From positions 13,753 to 77,752 of the forward strand of contig CAVTDX010000076.1 in the NCBI GenBank assembly GCA_963733345.1: 64,000 nt of DNA. Direction: 5' to 3'. This document shows positions 62,427 through 64,000 of this stretch, piece after piece (positions within the stretch are counted from its first letter, which is position 1; the number at the start of each line of letters is the position of its first letter). This stretch comes from an uncultured delta proteobacterium (GTDB taxonomy: Bacteria > Desulfobacterota > Syntrophorhabdia > Syntrophorhabdales > WCHB1-27). The notes below the pieces were generated by a model. It saw nothing but the letters and a program-made list of their open reading frames with translations. It had not been told where the DNA came from and searched no databases. The position numbers and the translations under genes were made by a program.

Positions 62427-63293
62427 ATGGCGACCGAAAGACTCTCGAAATTCCTTGCCCACAGCGGCATCGCCTCCAGACGGAAGTGCGAGCAGATTAT
62501 CAAGTCCGGCAGGGTGAAGGTGAACGGCGCGACTGTCGCCCACCCCGCTCATCCGGTCGATGGCGGCCGCGACGTAGTTCTGCTCGATAATAGGCGCTTA
62601 CGGCCCCCGGCGGCCCCGTGCTACGTCGCTCTATACAAACCGCCGGGGTATCTCTCGGACCTGGCCGATATCGAAGGCAAGGACCGGCCGCTGGCCCGCC
62701 GGCTCATACCCCTGGATGCGCCGCTCTTCCCCGTGGGCCGCCTGGATTACAACTCCGAAGGGTTGATGATTTTCACCAATGACGGCCGCTTTGCCAACCT
62801 AGTGACGCATCCCAGATATGAAGTCGAGAAGGAGTACCATGTCAAGCTCTCGGGCGCGTTGACGAGGGATGATCTGAAACGGGCACTCCTCGGCCTTCGG
62901 CTCGACGAAGGCCCCCCTTACCGGTTCAAGAGCATTGCGTTGCTCAGGAAGGGGATAAGAAACGCGTGGTACAGAGTGACCCTCACAGAGGGCAGATACC
63001 GCCACATCAGGAAGGTCGCAGAGGCCCTCTCCCATAAAGTGCTAAGGCTGCGCCGCGTCCGCATTGACGGCATTCTCCTGGCTGCTCTCAGGGCTGGCCA
63101 GTGGGCGCACATCGACCCCCAGGACATCGGCAGGTTCCTCCTGAAACAATCGCCTTCACGGCAGGAGCAGTCGAAGAAGGACCCCCGGCAGGCCCCTCGC
63201 AGGGAGGAACCGCCTCCCTGGCCGGGCGATTCTCCATACATTGCCGCGAAGTCCGCACGGAACGGCCGGCCCGCTCGCCCTCGACAAAAATGA
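62427..63293 (+). CDS. RsuA/RluB-family pseudouridine synthase
   Basis: S4 domain (RLSKFLAHSGIASRRKCEQII) and PVGRLDYNSEGLMIFTNDG catalytic motif. Basic C-terminal tail. Confidence 0.85.
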   Translation: MATERLSKFLAHSGIASRRKCEQIIKSGRVKVNGATVAHPAHPVDGGRDVVLLDNRRLRPPAAPCYVALYKPPGYLSDLADIEGKDRPLARRLIPLDAPLFPVGRLDYNSEGLMIFTNDGRFANLVTHPRYEVEKEYHVKLSGALTRDDLKRALLGLRLDEGPPYRFKSIALLRKGIRNAWYRVTLTEGRYRHIRKVAEALSHKVLRLRRVRIDGILLAALRAGQWAHIDPQDIGRFLLKQSPSRQEQSKKDPRQAPRREEPPPWPGDSPYIAAKSARNGRPARPRQK

Positions 63294-63377
63294 GGCGTGA
63301 GCCGCGCAGGAAATACCCGGCCGCGGTGCCATATTTTCGTTGACAGGGCTGTGCCATTTCGCTAACATAGTATTGCC

Positions 63378-63659
63378 GTGGAAAACAACAACTACAAGAA
63401 ATGCGCCGATATCCTCAAGACGATCGGCCATCCCGCCAGGATCAAGATAATTGAAACGCTTCTCGATCACGACAAATGCGTGAGCAACATCTGGGGCTGT
63501 CTGGACCTCCCGCAGGCGACGGTGTCCCAGCACCTCTCGGTCCTGCGGGTGAAGGGGATCGTACAACAGGAGCGTTGCGGCGCCCGGATGAAGTACTCGG
63601 TGAGAGATAGAAAAATCGAAGAGATCATCAAATTGATAAAGAGACTGGAGTTGACATAA
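63378..63659 (+). CDS. ArsR/SmtB-family transcriptional regulator
   Basis: HPARIKIIETLL..CVSNIWGCLDLPQATVSQHLSVLRVKGIV. Confidence 0.85.
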   Translation: MENNNYKKCADILKTIGHPARIKIIETLLDHDKCVSNIWGCLDLPQATVSQHLSVLRVKGIVQQERCGARMKYSVRDRKIEEIIKLIKRLELT

Positions 63660-63893
63660 TATTCCTTATCAGAACCATCAGATATCGCTCCCCTGAAGAG
63701 GCGCGGCCGTACCCTTTCTCGCCGGCCCCTGCCCCGTCCCTCATGGAAGCGGTATCGGTGGATTCTGCTAACCCAGCGTAGCGAGCCTAAGCGGGGTTCG
63801 TCCCCGCAAATGAGAATGTCGGCGCCCACGGACCCCAGCCCAAAACACGCCGTTGCACGGAGGGGGCGCTTAAGCCCCAACGATTGAGGCTGA

Positions 63894-64000
63894 ATGAAAG
63901 ACCAGGGAATCAGCGCGACAGATATCAACCGCCTTTACAAACACGTAGAAGGAAAGCTGGAGAGCATCGTCGAGAAGCTCCTCGTCTCGAAAATCAATGA
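63894..64000 (+). CDS. 5' end of an unidentified ORF running off the window
   Basis: ATG at 63894, open to the window end (MKDQGISATDINRLYKHVEGKLES..). No recognisable motif. Confidence 0.25.
   Translation, partial: MKDQGISATDINRLYKHVEGKLESIVEKLLVSKIN

Noticed and set aside
63660-63893. A possible riboswitch or leader RNA upstream of the last partial ORF, in a GC-rich structured-looking region.
   Set aside because: I could not match it to any riboswitch consensus I know (cobalamin, SAM, c-di-GMP, Moco). A covariance-model scan is needed before any claim.

Overview
All calls below were made by eye from the sequence and the ORF track, with no database or alignment tool.

This is a 64-kb window from a GC-rich bacterial chromosome. 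The gene content points to an anaerobe: a tungsten-type aldehyde:ferredoxin oxidoreductase, a Mop-type molybdenum hydroxylase, a PEP-CTERM protein and type I-C CRISPR-Cas.

**Left part (1-18.6 kb), mostly metabolic genes**
- A dynamin-like GTPase, a degraded DNA methyltransferase and a relBE cassette.
- A gamma-carbonic-anhydrase-like protein and the aldehyde:ferredoxin oxidoreductase.
- A ribose-type ABC transporter, an isochorismatase-family hydrolase and a fused 2Fe-2S/Moco aldehyde oxidoreductase.
- An HTH-PBP regulator, an EamA transporter and sodC.

**Middle part (18.4-48.6 kb), a mosaic accessory region**
- A 255-bp duplication of the sodC 3' end brackets a parE toxin-antitoxin (TA) module and a Liv-type transporter that has no ATPase genes.
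- Beyond that lies a roughly 24.7-kb island bounded by inverted paralogous genes, each preceded by 13-bp iterons.
- The island carries the TA pairs brnTA and DUF433/DUF5615, plus an orphan MNT nucleotidyltransferase.
- It also carries a complete type I-C cas operon in the order cas3-cas5-cas8c-cas7-cas4-cas1-cas2.
- The CRISPR array has 82 repeats. An IS21 element sitting inside one spacer splits it in two. At the far end it is cut mid-repeat by a tandemly duplicated gene for a Y1/HUH (RAYT-like) transposase.
- Past the cut is a stretch of remnants:
  - a Bro-N fragment fused to a type I-E CRISPR remnant;
  - degenerate I-C repeats flanking an intact dksA/traR-like gene;
  - a decayed toxin with a zinc-ribbon antitoxin;
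  - a PEP-CTERM protein;
  - an acyl-CoA dehydrogenase fragment.

**Right part (48.7-64 kb), core genes**
- An ftsB-like gene, radical SAM proteins and an LPS inner-core heptose/glycosyltransferase cluster.
- RNase P RNA, rnhA, a tRNA with anticodon CAT, a prepilin peptidase, a pseudouridine synthase and an ArsR regulator.

**Caveat:** at least eight otherwise intact genes, including cas3, carry single-nucleotide frameshifts, several of them placed at or next to short G/C runs. This is as likely to be assembly indel error as real gene decay.
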